NCBI RefSeq assembly: GCF_000143415.4
Contig: NW_003314298.1
Location: 665,014-729,013 of the forward strand
Reading direction: 5' to 3'
Length of the DNA stretch: 64,000 nt
From: Selaginella moellendorffii
Lineage: Eukaryota > Plantae > Lycopodiophyta
Below, in pieces: positions 62,354-64,000 of this stretch (its first letter is position 1; every line of letters begins with the position of its first letter). The position numbers and the translations under genes are program-made. The notes below the pieces were generated by a model. That model worked only from the letters and a program-made list of their open reading frames with translations, did no database searches and was not told the DNA's origin.

Positions 62354-64000
62354 TCACTTGATCCGCTTGAGCTTCTTTAGTACGTCCTTGACGTTGGGGC
62401 CTTTGTCCCACGAAGCAAACTGGCCCGCGACCTTCTTTATCAGCACTCCAGCGTTAAAAATCGCGGTGGAGTCTCTCAGATTACTCGGCTGTGGCAATCC
62501 AAACACCACCCGGTTCACGTCTTCGTCGACTTGCAGGCTGTAGACTTCGCTAAAAATCTGCAAAGCAAGAACAACTTGTAAGCTCTTACTGCTACCAGAA
62601 ACGAGAGTCTAGCGAGCTTACTTCACACAATCTCTGGTCTGCTTGTATGTGAGGCTCACGAGCCCGCGAAACAACGTTTATGACGAGGATTCCTTCGGGT
62701 TCCAGAGCAGCTTTCGCACTGCGGAGGAATGTTTCGAGAAGGAATTCCTCTGGAGGGCAGCTTAGCCCATTACTGCAACGGAGTTTTCTGATCACTTCGA
62801 CAAAGATAAACAGAAAAGACAGAACCGCACCTTGAAATCCATTCGTTGGCGTTAGTAAAGCCTCCGACTGGATGAGGTTGGGATTACGTTTAAAGAACAG
62901 GCGTCAAAAGAAGGCCTTTTTTTTGTCGGATGATACAACATCCTCTACAAGCATGGTACCCGTTAATGGAGAATTGATCTGAACAAAGGAGAGAAAAGTC
63001 AATGGTTTCTGTTAGTCGATGCACGGCATTGTTACCTCCTCCAGCAGAGTCCCTTTACAAACTCCATCGTGTGGCAGCAGGAAACTGTAGATGTTCGCAA
63101 CCAAGAGTTAGAAACCTTGACAAGGAAAAGCAGGAAAGAGAAGTGAGGAACTTACGGTACTCCTGAGTCACAATCTAATGGTACAAGCTCTCTCACTAGT
63201 GGGGACAGGAGGTTCTGACCATTTGGAAAGTGGGAATATGCATAAGGTGAGTGGAAACGAATACCTGAAGTTCAGTAGCGGTCTGACAGTCAGTTTCGAG
63301 GTAAATCTGTCCGGAAAGAAGAAACACAGGTTATTTCCGAATGAATCGATGAAAGTTTTATAGTCAGCAAGCCCTACCATGATAAGCCAAGCGGCCTTGG
63401 CACTTTCGACCACTTGCCATTGTCCTTCCTCGGATGAATTGAGCAACTCGTGATCCTTGGCCTGTCGCAAAAGTATCAAGAACTTGGAGGCTTTCGAAAT
63501 GAAATCGAACATACCTTTGGCACCAAAAACACAGCGCACGCATCAGGCATGACTGCCTGTCCAATCTTGGCGTCGAGAACTATTGCTTTGAATGTTCCTC
63601 CCAGAGTGAGAACAGATCTCCGAGAGGGTTGGAGCTTTTCAAGGTCACGAAACTCTGGTCCTCTTCTTCTCAACGCATTTTCCTTCTATATCGCTGCGAT
63701 ATTTTGCGCCTGGAAACATTGGTGTTGGTCTTTTCATAAGAGAAAAACTCAGAAAAAAACTCACATGGAGATTGGAAGAAAGATCATAAGAGATCAAGGA
63801 CAGATCGCTCTTCGTCTCTTTCATGGCAGCGAATAACAGTGGCTTCAGCTTGGACGAAGCCTGAGCAATCGGCACTTGGTAGACAGCTACTTGCCAACCA
63901 TGTCGAAACGTTGATAATAGCAATCCTATAAAACACAACGTGATCTTTGAAAAACGAAACACACGGCTAATTCTTCCACATGCCGATTACATGACTTTCG
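62354..64000 (-). pseudogene. METTL13: METTL13-like copy 3 with an internal deletion; runs off the window
   Basis: Same exons as the other copies, but the segment equivalent to ~49930-50695 is deleted near 62830. Confidence 0.8.

Larger units (their letters stand above)
35164..64000. repeat. Threefold tandem segmental duplication (units ~35164-46457, ~46458-59094, ~59095->64000)
   Basis: Same order of CVNH, F-box, H/ACA RNA and METTL13 fragment in each unit. The junction motif aacaacat.ctctaattatct recurs at about 35180, 46470 and 59110. Confidence 0.93.

Noticed and set aside
10524-64000. A window-wide 'translation-modification gene cluster' (KTI12, snoRNAs, tRNA, METTL13)
   Set aside because: The METTL13 copies are broken and lie more than 25 kb away among unrelated genes. 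Only the local snoRNA-KTI12 link is retained as a finding.

Overview
Eukaryotic plant nuclear DNA. Introns of ~50-60 bp, very short intergenic gaps, PLS-type PPR genes and cyanovirin-N homologues point to a lycophyte such as Selaginella (inference). 1-9.9 kb is decayed repeat DNA: an old non-coding LTR element with a nested solo LTR, plus a Helitron PIF1 remnant. 10.5-34.7 kb is gene-dense: KTI12 preceded by three box C/D snoRNAs and a divergent tRNA-Asp, a cyanobacterial-type putative thylakoid-lumen protein, an F-box gene with an inverted pseudogene copy, a FORKED/VAB-like gene, an SMP-type LEA gene, ATRX and two head-to-head PPR genes. From 35.2 kb to the end is a threefold tandem repeat of a [CVNH lectin - F-box - H/ACA snoRNA - truncated METTL13] cassette. 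Each unit carries different insertions: a Ty3/gypsy element, a 7.2-kb LARD-like element with a TSD, a Pack-MULE-like element carrying an LRR-RLK fragment, and a hAT-like MITE. The snoRNAs are not visible in the ORF track. Family assignments come from motif recognition, not database searches.
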